DNA of 64,000 nucleotides from an uncultured Candidatus Rokubacteria bacterium (GTDB taxonomy: Bacteria; Methylomirabilota; Methylomirabilia; Rokubacteriales; DASRDR01), in the NCBI GenBank assembly GCA_963708025.1, contig CAVPSB010000002.1, positions 256,001 through 320,000 of the forward strand, read 5' to 3'. The translations under genes and the position numbers were made by a program. A model generated the notes under the pieces. The model was not told where the DNA came from, searched no databases, and was given only the letters and a program-made list of their open reading frames with translations. Positions 44,920 through 54,569 of this stretch are shown piece by piece. Positions within the stretch are counted from its first letter, which is position 1; the number at the start of each line of letters is the position of its first letter.

Positions 44920-45291
44920 GTGGCAACGGCTCGCCGGGTCCGCCTCGTCCTCGCTGCCGGCCTCGCCCTGGCGTCCGGGGTCGCGGCCGGTGTCCTGGCC
45001 GCCGCCCCGGCGGTGCCGCCGGTGACGATCCCGCCCGACTTCGTGCTCCCCAAGGCCGAGAGCAGCCCGGGCCCGGTTCCCTTCAGTCACGCGAAGCACC
45101 TCCCGAAGGTGGAGAAGTGCACCCGGTGCCACATGCGCGGCTTCAAGCTCGGGCTCGGCCAGTCGGGGCCGATCACGCTGGAGGCGCTGATGCAGGGCAA
45201 GTTCTGCGGAGCCTGCCACGACGGGAAGACGACGATGGCGGGGAGCGTCGTCTTCCCGATCGACGCGTGCGACCGGTGCCATCCCTCGTGA
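44920..45291 (+). CDS. c7-type triheme cytochrome
   Basis: FSHAKH, CTRCH, CGACHDGK, CDRCH; signal peptide; GTG start. Confidence 0.88.
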   Translation: MATARRVRLVLAAGLALASGVAAGVLAAAPAVPPVTIPPDFVLPKAESSPGPVPFSHAKHLPKVEKCTRCHMRGFKLGLGQSGPITLEALMQGKFCGACHDGKTTMAGSVVFPIDACDRCHPS

Positions 45292-45319
45292 GCGCGCCCG
45301 TCGCCCCGGGTGAGCCGGC

Positions 45320-46222
45320 ATGACCGAGCCCGAGGAGGGCCAGGTCCGCCGCCGGCCCCATGCTGACCACCGCCGCCGCCGGCTCGTCCTCGTCGTCCTG
45401 GGCGGGCTCCTCGTCGTGGGAGCCGTCGGGCTGGCCGGACTCTGGCAGGTGAGCGCGAGCCCGCAGTTCTGCAATTCGTGCCACATCATGGAGCCCTACG
45501 TCCAGGCCTGGAAGGTCTCCAAGCACGCCGCCGTCGCCTGCGTCGACTGCCACTATCCCCCCGGCCTCCGGGACACGCTGTGGGTGAAGTACCAGGCGAT
45601 CAGCCAGGTCGCGAAGTGGGCGACCCGGACGTACAGCTCCAAGCCCTTCGCGGAGGTCGAGGACGCGAGCTGCCTCCGCTCGGGCTGCCACGCCCTGGCC
45701 CGGCTCGAGAGCAAGGGCCCCGCCGAGTTCAAGCGCGGCGTGCGGTTCGACCACCGCCCGCATCTGGCCGCGGAGAAGATGGGTCGCGCGCTCCGGTGCA
45801 CGAGCTGCCACTCGCAGATCGTGGTGGAGAAGCACTTCGAGGTGGACCAGCGGAGCTGCTTCCTCTGCCACTTCAAGGGCACGAAGCACGGACGGGAGCT
45901 GACCCCGATCGCCGGCTGCACTGGCTGTCACCAGCCGCCGTCGGGTGACATCCTCGTCGGGTCAATCCGGTTCAACCACCAGGAGGTCGTGGGCCGCGGC
46001 GTCGCCTGCGAGAAGTGCCACCTGCGCGTCGTCGAGGGGGACGGGGAGGCGCCCCGCGAGCGGTGCCTCTCCTGCCACAACCAGCCCGAGAAGCTCCAGC
46101 GCTTCGAGGACCGGGCGCTCGTCCACGCCGTCCACGTCGCGCGCCACACGATCGACTGCAGCCGCTGTCACGGCGAGATCCGGCATCGGCTGCCACCCCC
46201 CATCGGGCTCCCGGCGTCATGA
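45320..46222 (+). CDS. Membrane-anchored NapC/NirT-domain multiheme cytochrome (8 CxxCH plus CX4CH)
   Basis: N-terminal TM, SPQFCNSCHIMEPY..W..SKH..VACVDCH, CLRSGCH. Confidence 0.9.
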   Translation: MTEPEEGQVRRRPHADHRRRRLVLVVLGGLLVVGAVGLAGLWQVSASPQFCNSCHIMEPYVQAWKVSKHAAVACVDCHYPPGLRDTLWVKYQAISQVAKWATRTYSSKPFAEVEDASCLRSGCHALARLESKGPAEFKRGVRFDHRPHLAAEKMGRALRCTSCHSQIVVEKHFEVDQRSCFLCHFKGTKHGRELTPIAGCTGCHQPPSGDILVGSIRFNHQEVVGRGVACEKCHLRVVEGDGEAPRERCLSCHNQPEKLQRFEDRALVHAVHVARHTIDCSRCHGEIRHRLPPPIGLPAS

Positions 46223-47556
46223 GGCCCGCCCCCGCGCTCCTCATCCTGATCCTGCTCGCCGCCGCCAGCTCGATCGGCGCCCAGGGCGTGCGCCCGCCCG
46301 AGCCGCCGGGGGCCCGGACCGGGGCCCCGGCGCCGGCGCCTCCGGCGGCGGTCCACCGCCCCGGCGAGCTCGACTGCCAGAACTGTCATCAGGGCAAGCA
46401 CCAGGGCGTGGTGCGGATGTACCTCGGGATGGGCGGGCGGGGAACGCCCATGATCCCGAGCCACATGGTCCAGGTGCGGGTCGAGTGCGCGGCCTGTCAC
46501 ATCGCGCCGAAGGAAGAGGAGCTCTGGGCCGGCATCGTCGGCCAGACGTTCCGGCCGAGCGAGCAGGCGTGCATCGGCTGCCACGGGGAGAAGTATCGCG
46601 GAATGCTGGGGCGGTGGGCGAGCACGCTGGTCCGGATGCAGGAGCTCCTGGCCCCCAAGCTGGCGGCGGCCCGGGGCGCGGTCGGCGCCGGCGACCCGAA
46701 GGACCCGAAGCGGGTGCGCGCGGGCCGGCTCCTGGACGACGCCGAGTTCAACAGCCGCTTCGTCGCGCTGGCCAGAGGCGTGCACAACGTCTTCTATGCC
46801 GCCGACCTGCTGAAGCTCGCGAACGGCTGGGTCGAGGAAGCGGCCGTGCTGGCGGGCAAGCCGGTCGTCCGGGGCGACGACACGCTCATCCGCGGGGGCT
46901 ACTGCGCCGTCCTCTGCCACGAGCAGGCCGGCGTGAAGCTGAAGGACACGGTCACCTTCGCCGACCGGAAGCTGCCGCACGCCCGGCACACGACGGAGTT
47001 CGGCGCGGTGTGCACGAGCTGTCACTCGGCCGAGGTCCACAAGGCGGTGACCGCCACCCCCGCGGCCTGTACCGCCTGTCACCACGGCCCGCAGAACGAC
47101 CGGTGCGAGGGCTGCCACCGCGCCCAGAGCGCCTTCTACCGGGGCCAGGCGCGCACCGACCACGGGCCCGTCGCGCCGAACCTGATGGCGGAGGCCGTGC
47201 CGTGCACCGGCTGTCACGATCTCGCGCGCAAGCACTCGCGAGCGGCGGTCGGGGAGAGGTGCCGGGCTTGCCACGAGCCGCCCTACCTGGCGCTGCTCGG
47301 CGAGTGGACGGTCGGGTTCGACCGGGACGCCGGGCGGGCGACCGCGGCGCTCCAGCGGGCGGAGGCGGCGCTCGCGAGCGCCCGGAAGGCCGGCCGGCCG
47401 ACCGGCGAGGGGGAGGCGCTCGTGAAGGAGGCCCGGCGGGCGCTGGCCCTCGTCCGCGGCGCCCGGGGCGCCCACAACCCGCTGGCCGCCGACGCGCTGC
47501 TCGAGGGCGCCCGGCAGAAGGCCGAGGCGGCGCTGGCGATGGTGGGACGGAAGTGA
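46219..47556 (+). CDS. Periplasmic multiheme cytochrome (8 CxxCH plus CX3CH)
   Basis: Signal peptide; CQNCH...CAVLCH...CRACH; GVHN and GAHN motifs in helical regions. Confidence 0.9.
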   Translation: MRPAPALLILILLAAASSIGAQGVRPPEPPGARTGAPAPAPPAAVHRPGELDCQNCHQGKHQGVVRMYLGMGGRGTPMIPSHMVQVRVECAACHIAPKEEELWAGIVGQTFRPSEQACIGCHGEKYRGMLGRWASTLVRMQELLAPKLAAARGAVGAGDPKDPKRVRAGRLLDDAEFNSRFVALARGVHNVFYAADLLKLANGWVEEAAVLAGKPVVRGDDTLIRGGYCAVLCHEQAGVKLKDTVTFADRKLPHARHTTEFGAVCTSCHSAEVHKAVTATPAACTACHHGPQNDRCEGCHRAQSAFYRGQARTDHGPVAPNLMAEAVPCTGCHDLARKHSRAAVGERCRACHEPPYLALLGEWTVGFDRDAGRATAALQRAEAALASARKAGRPTGEGEALVKEARRALALVRGARGAHNPLAADALLEGARQKAEAALAMVGRK

Positions 47557-48416
47557 GCCGCCGGCGCCGCGAGGAGCGCGCGCGGCAGGAGGCAGCCCTC
47601 CTCCAGGCGGGGCGCCCGCAGTGGCTGGTCGCCGCGCTGAGCGCGGTCGGGCTGGCGGTCGCCGGGTACCTGGCGGTGACGAAGCTCGCGGGCGGCGGCG
47701 CCCTGTTCTGCCGGGGCGTCGGCGGCTGCGAGGTGGTGCAGCAGAGCCGCTACGCGACCTTCCTGGGGCTGCCCACCGCGGCCTGGGGCGCCTTCGTCTA
47801 CGCGGCCGTCGGGGGCCTGGCCCTCGCCGGCCTCGCCCCCTGGCGCTGGCTCGCGGCCTTCGCGCTGGCGGCGGCGGCCGTCGCCTTCTCCGGCTACCTG
47901 ACCTACCTGGAGCTGTTCGTCATCGGGGCGGTCTGCTGGTACTGCGTGGTGTCGGCGGCGACGGCCACGGCGGTCCTGGGCGTGCTGCTCGGGCGCCGGC
48001 CGCCGAGCGGGCGGCACGGCCCGACCGCGCCGGCCCGGGTCGTGGGGGTGGGAGGGGCGTCGGCGCTGGGCGCCGTGGTGCTCGGCATCGCGGTCTTCGC
48101 CGCGACCGCCCCCGGCGGCGCCCCCGGCTACCAGGAAGCCCTCGCCCGCCACCTCGCCCAGAGCGGCGCGGTCATGTACGGCGCCTTCTGGTGACCCGCC
48201 TGCAAGGAGCAAAAGGCCCGGTTCGGGCCTGCCGCCGACCTCCTCCCCTACGTCGAGTGCGACCCGCGCGGATCCGGGGCGCGGCCCGACCTGTGCCAGC
48301 GCGTCGGCGTCCGCGGCTATCCGACCTGGACGGTCGGCGGGGAGCGCCTCGAAGGCGTCCTGTCCCTCGATCGCCTGGCCGAGCTCTCCCGCTACCAGCC
48401 CCCCGCGGGTCACTGA
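47553..48416 (+). CDS. VKOR-thioredoxin-like fusion selenoprotein (Sec at TGA 48192-48194)
   Basis: VKOR C-x5-C..V..SRYA, CWYC; then MYGAFW-TGA-PACKEQKARFG...YVEC...C...GVRGYPTW; hairpin AGGCCCG-GTT-CGGGCCT at 48214-48230. Confidence 0.9.
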
Positions 48417-48526
48417 CCCCGGGGGGCCGGAAGCTCTTCTTGGTGTAAGCTAGGACGGCAGCGACCGGGAGGATCGGCCTCCCGGCCGCGCGCCGAGCTC
48501 GACGCTTTCGAAGGAGGAGCATCGGG

Positions 48527-48898
48527 ATGACACGAGGAATCCGTGCGGGAGTCGTCGTGGCCGCCGCCGTTGGCGTGGTGTCCCTGACCGTCGGGTTCGC
48601 GGCCGGCCAGGCCAAGGGGGACGCGAAGGCCGGCGAGCCCGTGTACAAGGCGAAGTGCGTCACCTGTCACGGCGCGGCCGGCAACGGCGACACCCCGGCC
48701 GGGAAGGCGCTGAACCCGAAGCCGCGGGACTGGACGAAGGGCGACGGGCTCGACCTCACCGACCAGCAGCTCTTCGACTCGATCAAGAAGGGGGGCGCGG
48801 CGGTCGGGCGGGGGAAGACGATGATCGCCTTCCCGACCCTGTCGGACACCGAGGTCTGGAATCTCGTCGCCTACGTCAAGTCGCTGAAGAAGTCCTGA
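48527..48898 (+). CDS. Monoheme cytochrome c (paralog of 39821)
   Basis: CVTCHG, DWTKG, MIAFP. Confidence 0.92.
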   Translation: MTRGIRAGVVVAAAVGVVSLTVGFAAGQAKGDAKAGEPVYKAKCVTCHGAAGNGDTPAGKALNPKPRDWTKGDGLDLTDQQLFDSIKKGGAAVGRGKTMIAFPTLSDTEVWNLVAYVKSLKKS

Positions 48899-49071
48899 GC
48901 GGAGGCTCGGCGCAGGCCGGCGCGGGCGCGGGGGGGTCAGCGGGCCGAGGCCGCGTTCACCCCCGCGCCCGCCGCGGCGAGCCGGGCCGCCCGCAACCGG
49001 CCCACGAGCCGCCTATCCGGGGTTTCCGGAGACGCGCTCGCAGTCCGACCAGCGGGGGCGTCCGCCCTCGG

Positions 49072-49281
49072 CTACAGCAGTTCCTTGGCGCGGAGGTCCG
49101 CCAGCACCGCACCCGCCAGGAGCGCGAGCGCGACCAGGAAGAGCGCCTGGCCCAGGAACATGAAGATCGTGAAGGCGGTCGGCATGTTCCGCACGAGCAC
49201 GACGAGCGCCATCACGTCGAAGACGGCGGTCAAGAGGATCGCGAGCTGCAGCGCGCGGACGCGGCGTGGCTGTCCGGTCAT
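49072..49281 (-). CDS. Small two-TM membrane protein coupled to the NapC/NirT gene
   Basis: MTGQPRRVRALQLAILL...; ATGA overlap with 49278. Confidence 0.7.
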   Translation of the reverse strand: MTGQPRRVRALQLAILLTAVFDVMALVVLVRNMPTAFTIFMFLGQALFLVALALLAGAVLADLRAKELL

Positions 49282-49982
49282 CGGGAGGCCGCCTGCTTCG
49301 GCTCCGGATGGGCCGGGGCATGACAGCTCAGACAGGGGATCGTGTCGTTCACCATGTTGGGCACCAGCTCTGTTGGGTGTCCCGGCGAGTTGAGGAACTT
49401 CTGCGAGGCCCCGTGGCAGCCCAGGCAGCGCAGGCTCGGGTAGGGGTGCGCGATCTTGATCGGCAGCGTGTACGAGCCGATCAGGGACCGCCACACGTGA
49501 CCGAGGCCCGCCAGCTTCGCACCGAGCGTCCCCGTGAGCCCGTAGTCGGAATGACACGTGTAGCAGTGCTTGTCCTGGATGTACCGGTTCTTGAAGTGCG
49601 TGGCCGCCAGGGTGGCGCTCTGAGGGTTCCGGAGGTCCGCGACGAAGGGGGTCATGACGTGGCAGCCGCCACACGAGTTGACGGTGGACGAGCTCTCCAG
49701 GCCGGAGGCGAACGACAGGAAGGCCACCATCATGGGAACCAGGCCGACGGCCACCAGGAGCCACCCGCGCGCGGTGGGGGTCAGCCCGGACCGGCGCAGG
49801 GTGCGCCAGGCCACCGCGAGCAGCGCCAGGTTGAAGAGTGCGAAGACGATCCCCAGCCCCTGGAGCCACTGGTCGGTCGTCCCGATCCAGCCGCGGGGGA
49901 GGGGAACGGCGTCCTCGGCCGCGACCGCGGCGAGGGGCGCCAGCAGCACTAGGAAGGGGGCGGCCAGGGCGGTCCCGTTCAT
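49278..49982 (-). CDS. Tetraheme NapC/NirT (CymA/NrfH-like) quinol dehydrogenase
   Basis: TM helices then CGGCHVM, CYTCH, CLGCH, CLSCH. Confidence 0.85.
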   Translation of the reverse strand: MNGTALAAPFLVLLAPLAAVAAEDAVPLPRGWIGTTDQWLQGLGIVFALFNLALLAVAWRTLRRSGLTPTARGWLLVAVGLVPMMVAFLSFASGLESSSTVNSCGGCHVMTPFVADLRNPQSATLAATHFKNRYIQDKHCYTCHSDYGLTGTLGAKLAGLGHVWRSLIGSYTLPIKIAHPYPSLRCLGCHGASQKFLNSPGHPTELVPNMVNDTIPCLSCHAPAHPEPKQAASR

Positions 49983-50101
49983 ACGCGCTCCTCCGGAAGT
50001 TCGATCGGTCCCGGGGATTATGGCGGAGCGGCGGCCGGTCTGGCAACTCCCGGCTCCGCGGCTCCCGGGCCTGGGGGTCCCGGGATAGTGCATTTTCCTC
50101 A

Positions 50102-50130
50102 TTGACGCGCCGGGACCCCGGTCCTAGTAT
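50102..50130 (+). promoter_or_regulatory. Sigma70-type promoter for mtrAB
   Basis: TTGACG-N17-TAGTAT. Confidence 0.65.
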
Positions 50131-50184
50131 CGGCACCAATCCAGCGCAGTCGTTCCTCCGACGGAACCAGGGAGGACCCCGAGC

Positions 50185-51141
50185 ATGCGGCGACCAGGCA
50201 GGTCACTTCTCCGGGCCGGCCTTCTCTTCACAGCGGTCTTCCTCGTGGTGGTCGCGCTGGGGTCGTGCGCGCGTACCACGCGTCCCGACCGGGCGGCGCT
50301 CGTGCCGACCGGCCCTCCCGAGGCCTACGTCGGGGCGGAGCTGTGCAAGGCTTGCCACGAGCCGGCGTTCAATCGCTTCGGGCACACCAAGATGGGCCGG
50401 CTCTTCCTGCACCAGCCGCGGAACGACAAGGAGCGCATGGGCTGCGAGAATTGCCACGGCCCCGGCAAGGCCCATGTGGAGGCGGGCGGGACCCAGCCCA
50501 TGCCGGTCGCCTTCACCAAGAAGGGGAAGGAGACCGTCGAGGTCCGCAACGCGGTCTGCCTCCAGTGCCACGAGCGGCTGGCCCGGCTGTTCTGGGACGG
50601 CAGCGCTCACGAGTCGCGCGACCTCGCCTGCACGAACTGCCACCGGGTGATGGAGGACGTCAGCCCGAAGTTCCAGCTCGTCAAGAGCACCGAGCTGGAG
50701 ACGTGCGGGCAGTGCCACCTCGAGAAGCGGGCCGCCCAGATGCGCTCCTCGCACATGCCGCTGCGGGAAGGGAAGATGACCTGCAGCTCGTGCCACAACC
50801 CCCACGGGACGCTCAGCCAGACCCTCCTGAAGGAGAACTCGGTCAACGAGACCTGCTACGTCTGCCACGCCGAGAAGCGGGGCCCGTTCCTGTGGGAGCA
50901 CCCGCCGGTGACGGAGAACTGCGTCAACTGCCACGATCCCCACGGGTCGAACAACGAGAAGATGCTGAAGGTCTCCAAGCCGCGGCTCTGCCAGCAGTGC
51001 CACATCGAGACGCGGCACCCGACGCGCCCCTACGGGACGGACGCGGCGTCCTTCAAGTTCGTCATGGGACGATCGTGCTTGAACTGCCACGCCAACATCC
51101 ACGGCTCCAACCACCCGTCCGGCACGTACTACACCCGATAG
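50185..51141 (+). CDS. mtrA: Decaheme cytochrome c, MtrA/MtoA/PioA/DmsE family
   Basis: Ten CxxCH, CHGPG..H, CHAEKRGPFLWEHPPV.ENC, IHGSNHPSG. Confidence 0.95.
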   Translation: MRRPGRSLLRAGLLFTAVFLVVVALGSCARTTRPDRAALVPTGPPEAYVGAELCKACHEPAFNRFGHTKMGRLFLHQPRNDKERMGCENCHGPGKAHVEAGGTQPMPVAFTKKGKETVEVRNAVCLQCHERLARLFWDGSAHESRDLACTNCHRVMEDVSPKFQLVKSTELETCGQCHLEKRAAQMRSSHMPLREGKMTCSSCHNPHGTLSQTLLKENSVNETCYVCHAEKRGPFLWEHPPVTENCVNCHDPHGSNNEKMLKVSKPRLCQQCHIETRHPTRPYGTDAASFKFVMGRSCLNCHANIHGSNHPSGTYYTR

Positions 51142-51150
51142 GAGGCCGTC

Positions 51151-53380
51151 ATGCGCGCGTCGGGGACGGCACGGCTCATCGTGGCGGCGGCGGGGGCGCT
51201 GGCGCTCTCGGCCATGTCGGATGTCGCGTCGGCGCAGACGTCGATCTTCGGCCTCCAGGTCGACGGGTACGTGGAGCTGGGCGGCCGTGTCTACATCGAC
51301 GAGCCGTCCGACCAGGAGAAGGCGAAGCTGGAGGAGTACCGTGACCTCTCCCAGCAGCCCTTCGGGGCCTTCGGCGTCCGGCTCTTCCGCCCGGACGAGA
51401 GCCTGGCGATCGACCTGGGCGGCTCGAAGATCGGCCAGGACGACCAGGAGTTCTTCCTGGGTGTCGGAAAGCCCGGCCTCTGGCGGTTCGACTTCGACTG
51501 GAACCAGATCCCGCACGTCTACTCGACGAACGCCCGGCTCCTGGCGACCGAGCCGTCGTCCGGCGTCTTCACGCTGCCGACGCCGCGGCCCAACCTGAAC
51601 CTGTACAACGCGGCCCCCCGGCTGGACGAGATCAAGCAGGAGTGGGACGTCGGGACCTTCGGGTTCACGCTGACGCCCGACGCCGGACATCGACATCCTG
51701 GTCGAGTACACGCGGATCAAGAAGGACGGGAACATCCCGTTCGGGATGACGATGGGCAGCCCCGGGAGTAACTTCGTCGAGTTCCTCCAGCCGATCGACC
51801 AGACCATCCACGACGTCCGGGCCAAGGCCTCGTGGGTCGGCGAGGGCTGGCAGGTCCAGGCAGCCTACCAGCTCTCGCTCTTCGAGAACGCCCTCGATTC
51901 CGTGACCTTCGACAATCCCTGCTTCCGCCTGTCGGCGGCGGTGACGGCCGGCGGCTGCGCCGGCGACGGCGCCGGCCCCCAGCGGGGGCAGAGCGCGCAG
52001 CCTCCCGACAACGTCGCCCACACGTTCAGCATCGCCGGCGGCGTCAACCTGCCGATGCGGACCCGGGTGAACGGGAACGTCTCGTACAGCCTTCGCCTCC
52101 AGGACGAAGACTTCCTGCCCCACACGATCAACCCGGCGATCAGGTCACCGCTCCTCGCCCTGCCCAAGCAGAGCCTGGATGGCATGGTGGGCATCTTCCT
52201 CCTGAACCTGAACGCGACGAGCCGGCCGCTGCCGCCGCTCACGCTGACGGGACGCTTCCGCCTGTACGATTTCGACGACATGACCGACGAGATCCTCTTC
52301 CCTGGCCGGGTCGTGGACAACCGCTCCCTGAACACCGACCCGTTCACGGCCGTCCGCTACGACTACACGACGTACGAGGCGGGGCTGGACGGCCGCTGGC
52401 GCTTCAACCCGCAGGTGGCCGGCACCCTTGGTTTCGCCTGGCAACGCTGGGACCGCAACGCGAACCGCGAGGCGCAGCGGAGCGACGAGTACACCGCGAA
52501 GCTGGCGGTTGACACCACGCCGCTCGACTGGCTGCTCGGACGGCTGACCTACCGGCCGTCCTTCCGCCGGATCGGCGATTACAACACCTTCGCCCACCTG
52601 ATCCACGCCGCGACCGAGGAGGACGCCGCGACCGAGGCGCCGGTCAGCCAGTCCGTGCTGCTCCGGAAGTTCGACGAGGCGGACCGCGACCGCCAGCGGG
52701 TCGACCTCCTGCTCCAGTTCACGCCGACCGACGTCATCGCGATCACGCCGACCTTCAGCTACTGGTACGACGACTACTACAACTCGCCGCTCGGGCTCCA
52801 GAGCTCGGAGAACTACTCGGTCGGGATCGACGTGACCTGGAGCCCCTTCCCCTGGCTGGCCCTGACCGCCGGGTACGTCTACGAGCGGCTCGACCAGCAG
52901 CAGCGCTCGCAGAGCCGGGAGGTGGTCGGGGGGGTGACGTTCGAGCCCCCGGACTTCATCTGGAAATCCGACAACGTCGATACGTACAACACCGTGCACG
53001 CGAGCCTGAAGGCCACGCTGATCCCCGAGGTCCTGGACTGGTACCTGTACGTGAACTTCTCGATGGGCGACGGGGAGATCAAGACCTCGAACCCGATCCC
53101 GCCCCGGAGCGGCAACGCGTCCCAGAACTCCAACGCGACCGCCAAGCCGTTCCCCGACCTGGAGAACACCCTCGTCCAGGTGGGGACGACCTTCCGCTAC
53201 CGCTTCGCGAAGGCCTGGAGCTTCGCGCTCAGCTACCTCTTCGAGCAGTTCGACGAGACGAACTTCCGGACCGACGCGCTGAAGCCCTTCCAGACCCAGA
53301 CGTCCTCCATCTACCTCGGCAACGACCTCAAGGACTACACCGCGCACATCATCACGCTGGCGCTGGCGTACCGCTTCTAG
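51151..53380 (+). CDS. mtrB: MtrB/PioB family outer-membrane beta-barrel; frameshift near 51678
   Basis: KLEEYRDL, PIDQT, F.NPC...C, PPDN.AH, LRKFDEADRDR, C-terminal YRF; directly downstream of the decaheme gene. Confidence 0.92.
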
Positions 53381-53470
53381 TAGGGTCGGGCGTCGCCCGG
53401 GACGGGCCGCCCGTCGGATCGGGGCCGGGCTCCCTTGACCGCGGCGAGGGCCGCCGGGTACTGTGTCGGC

Positions 53471-54058
53471 GTGGATCGAGAGGAGGCGCCGATCTCGGTT
53501 CGGTCGCCGGAGGGAGAGGCGCCGGGTGCTCCGGGTCTGGCCACCGCGGACCTCCGCCGCGAGCACCAGGTCCTCCTCCGCGCCCTGGCCGTCCTCGAGC
53601 GGGCCGGCCGGCGGTGGGTGGCCCGGCAGCCCGTGGACGACGCGGTGCTGACGGACCTCGTGGCGCTGCTTCGCCGGTTCGCCGAGCAGTGTCACCACGG
53701 CAAGGAAGAGACTCACCTCTTCCCGTCCATGAGGGCGAAGGGCATCGCGGCCGAAGGGGAGATCGGCCGCCTGCTGGCCGCGCACAGCGAAGAGCACGAC
53801 TACCTGGGCACGCTGTCCGGGTACGCGTCGGGGGCCGAGCGGGCGGCCGCCGCCCTCCTGTACGTCGGGGTCATGCGCAAGCACATCGAGGCGGAGGACC
53901 GGACGATCTTTCCGGTCGCCGACCGGCTGTTCACGCCCGACGAGCAGGCGGCGCTGGCGCGGCGCTACGGCGAGCTGGAGATGAACGGCTTCGGCGGCCA
54001 GTTTCGCGAGAGCGTGCTCGACCAGCTGGACCGCCTCGAGCGCCGGCTCCCGGCCTGA
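53471..54058 (+). CDS. Hemerythrin (HHE) domain protein
   Basis: LRREH, CHHGKEETHLFP, HIEAED..IFP. Confidence 0.85.
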   Translation: MDREEAPISVRSPEGEAPGAPGLATADLRREHQVLLRALAVLERAGRRWVARQPVDDAVLTDLVALLRRFAEQCHHGKEETHLFPSMRAKGIAAEGEIGRLLAAHSEEHDYLGTLSGYASGAERAAAALLYVGVMRKHIEAEDRTIFPVADRLFTPDEQAALARRYGELEMNGFGGQFRESVLDQLDRLERRLPA

Positions 54059-54117
54059 GTCGCGCCTCGCGCCCGTCCGGCCCGGGGTCCCGGTGAGGCG
54101 GCCGCGCCCCAGGCGGG

Positions 54118-54522
54118 TCACGGCCGGGACGGCGACGCCAGCGCGGGCGCGGGGCCTCCGACCAGCCGCCGGACGGCCTCCCGGAGTCGGGCATTGGCGA
54201 ACGGCTTCGGCAGGTACACGCTGGCCCCGGCGGCGTAGGCGTCGGCCTCCGCCGCCGAGCTGTCGTAGGCGGTCATCAGGATCACGGGAATCGCCGGGGT
54301 CATCTCGCGCGCCCGTCGGGTCACGACCAGGCCATCGAGCCGCGGAAGGCGGAGGTCCGTGATGACGAGGTCGGGCCGTCCCCCGCCCGCCGCGAGGATC
54401 GCGACCGCATCCTCCAGGGTCTGCGCCGCCCAACAGGTGTAGCCGTCCGGCGCGAGCATCCGCATGCAGTTCTCCGTCATGTCGGGCTCGTCGTCGACGA
54501 TGAGGATCGTCGCGTCAGCCAT
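54118..54522 (-). CDS. Single-domain response regulator
   Basis: ILIVDDE, ITDLRLP..DG, MTAY, LPKPF. Confidence 0.9.
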   Translation of the reverse strand: MADATILIVDDEPDMTENCMRMLAPDGYTCWAAQTLEDAVAILAAGGGRPDLVITDLRLPRLDGLVVTRRAREMTPAIPVILMTAYDSSAAEADAYAAGASVYLPKPFANARLREAVRRLVGGPAPALASPSRP

Positions 54523-54534
54523 GACCGGCTATCA

Positions 54535-54550
54535 TGCAAGACGCGTGCCC
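54535..54550 (-). promoter_or_regulatory. Sigma54 -24/-12 promoter (weaker)
   Basis: GGGCACGCGTCTTGCA. Confidence 0.6.
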
Positions 54551-54569
54551 CGGGCGGTCCCGGCGCCGG

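Noticed and set aside
44539-45291. 250-aa ORF as a fused cytochrome
   Set aside because: An artefact of a frameshift joining the diheme gene to the separate c7 gene, which has its own GTG start and signal peptide at 44920.
39821-48898. Other TGA stops in the cytochrome operon as selenocysteine codons
   Set aside because: They fall at natural C-termini, mostly in ATGA/GTGA overlaps, and not at conserved Cys positions.
50083-50103. AT-rich GATAGTGCATTTTCCTCATT upstream of mtrA as a Fur box
   Set aside because: Only the first half resembles GATAATG and the dyad symmetry is poor, so it cannot be supported without a PWM scan.
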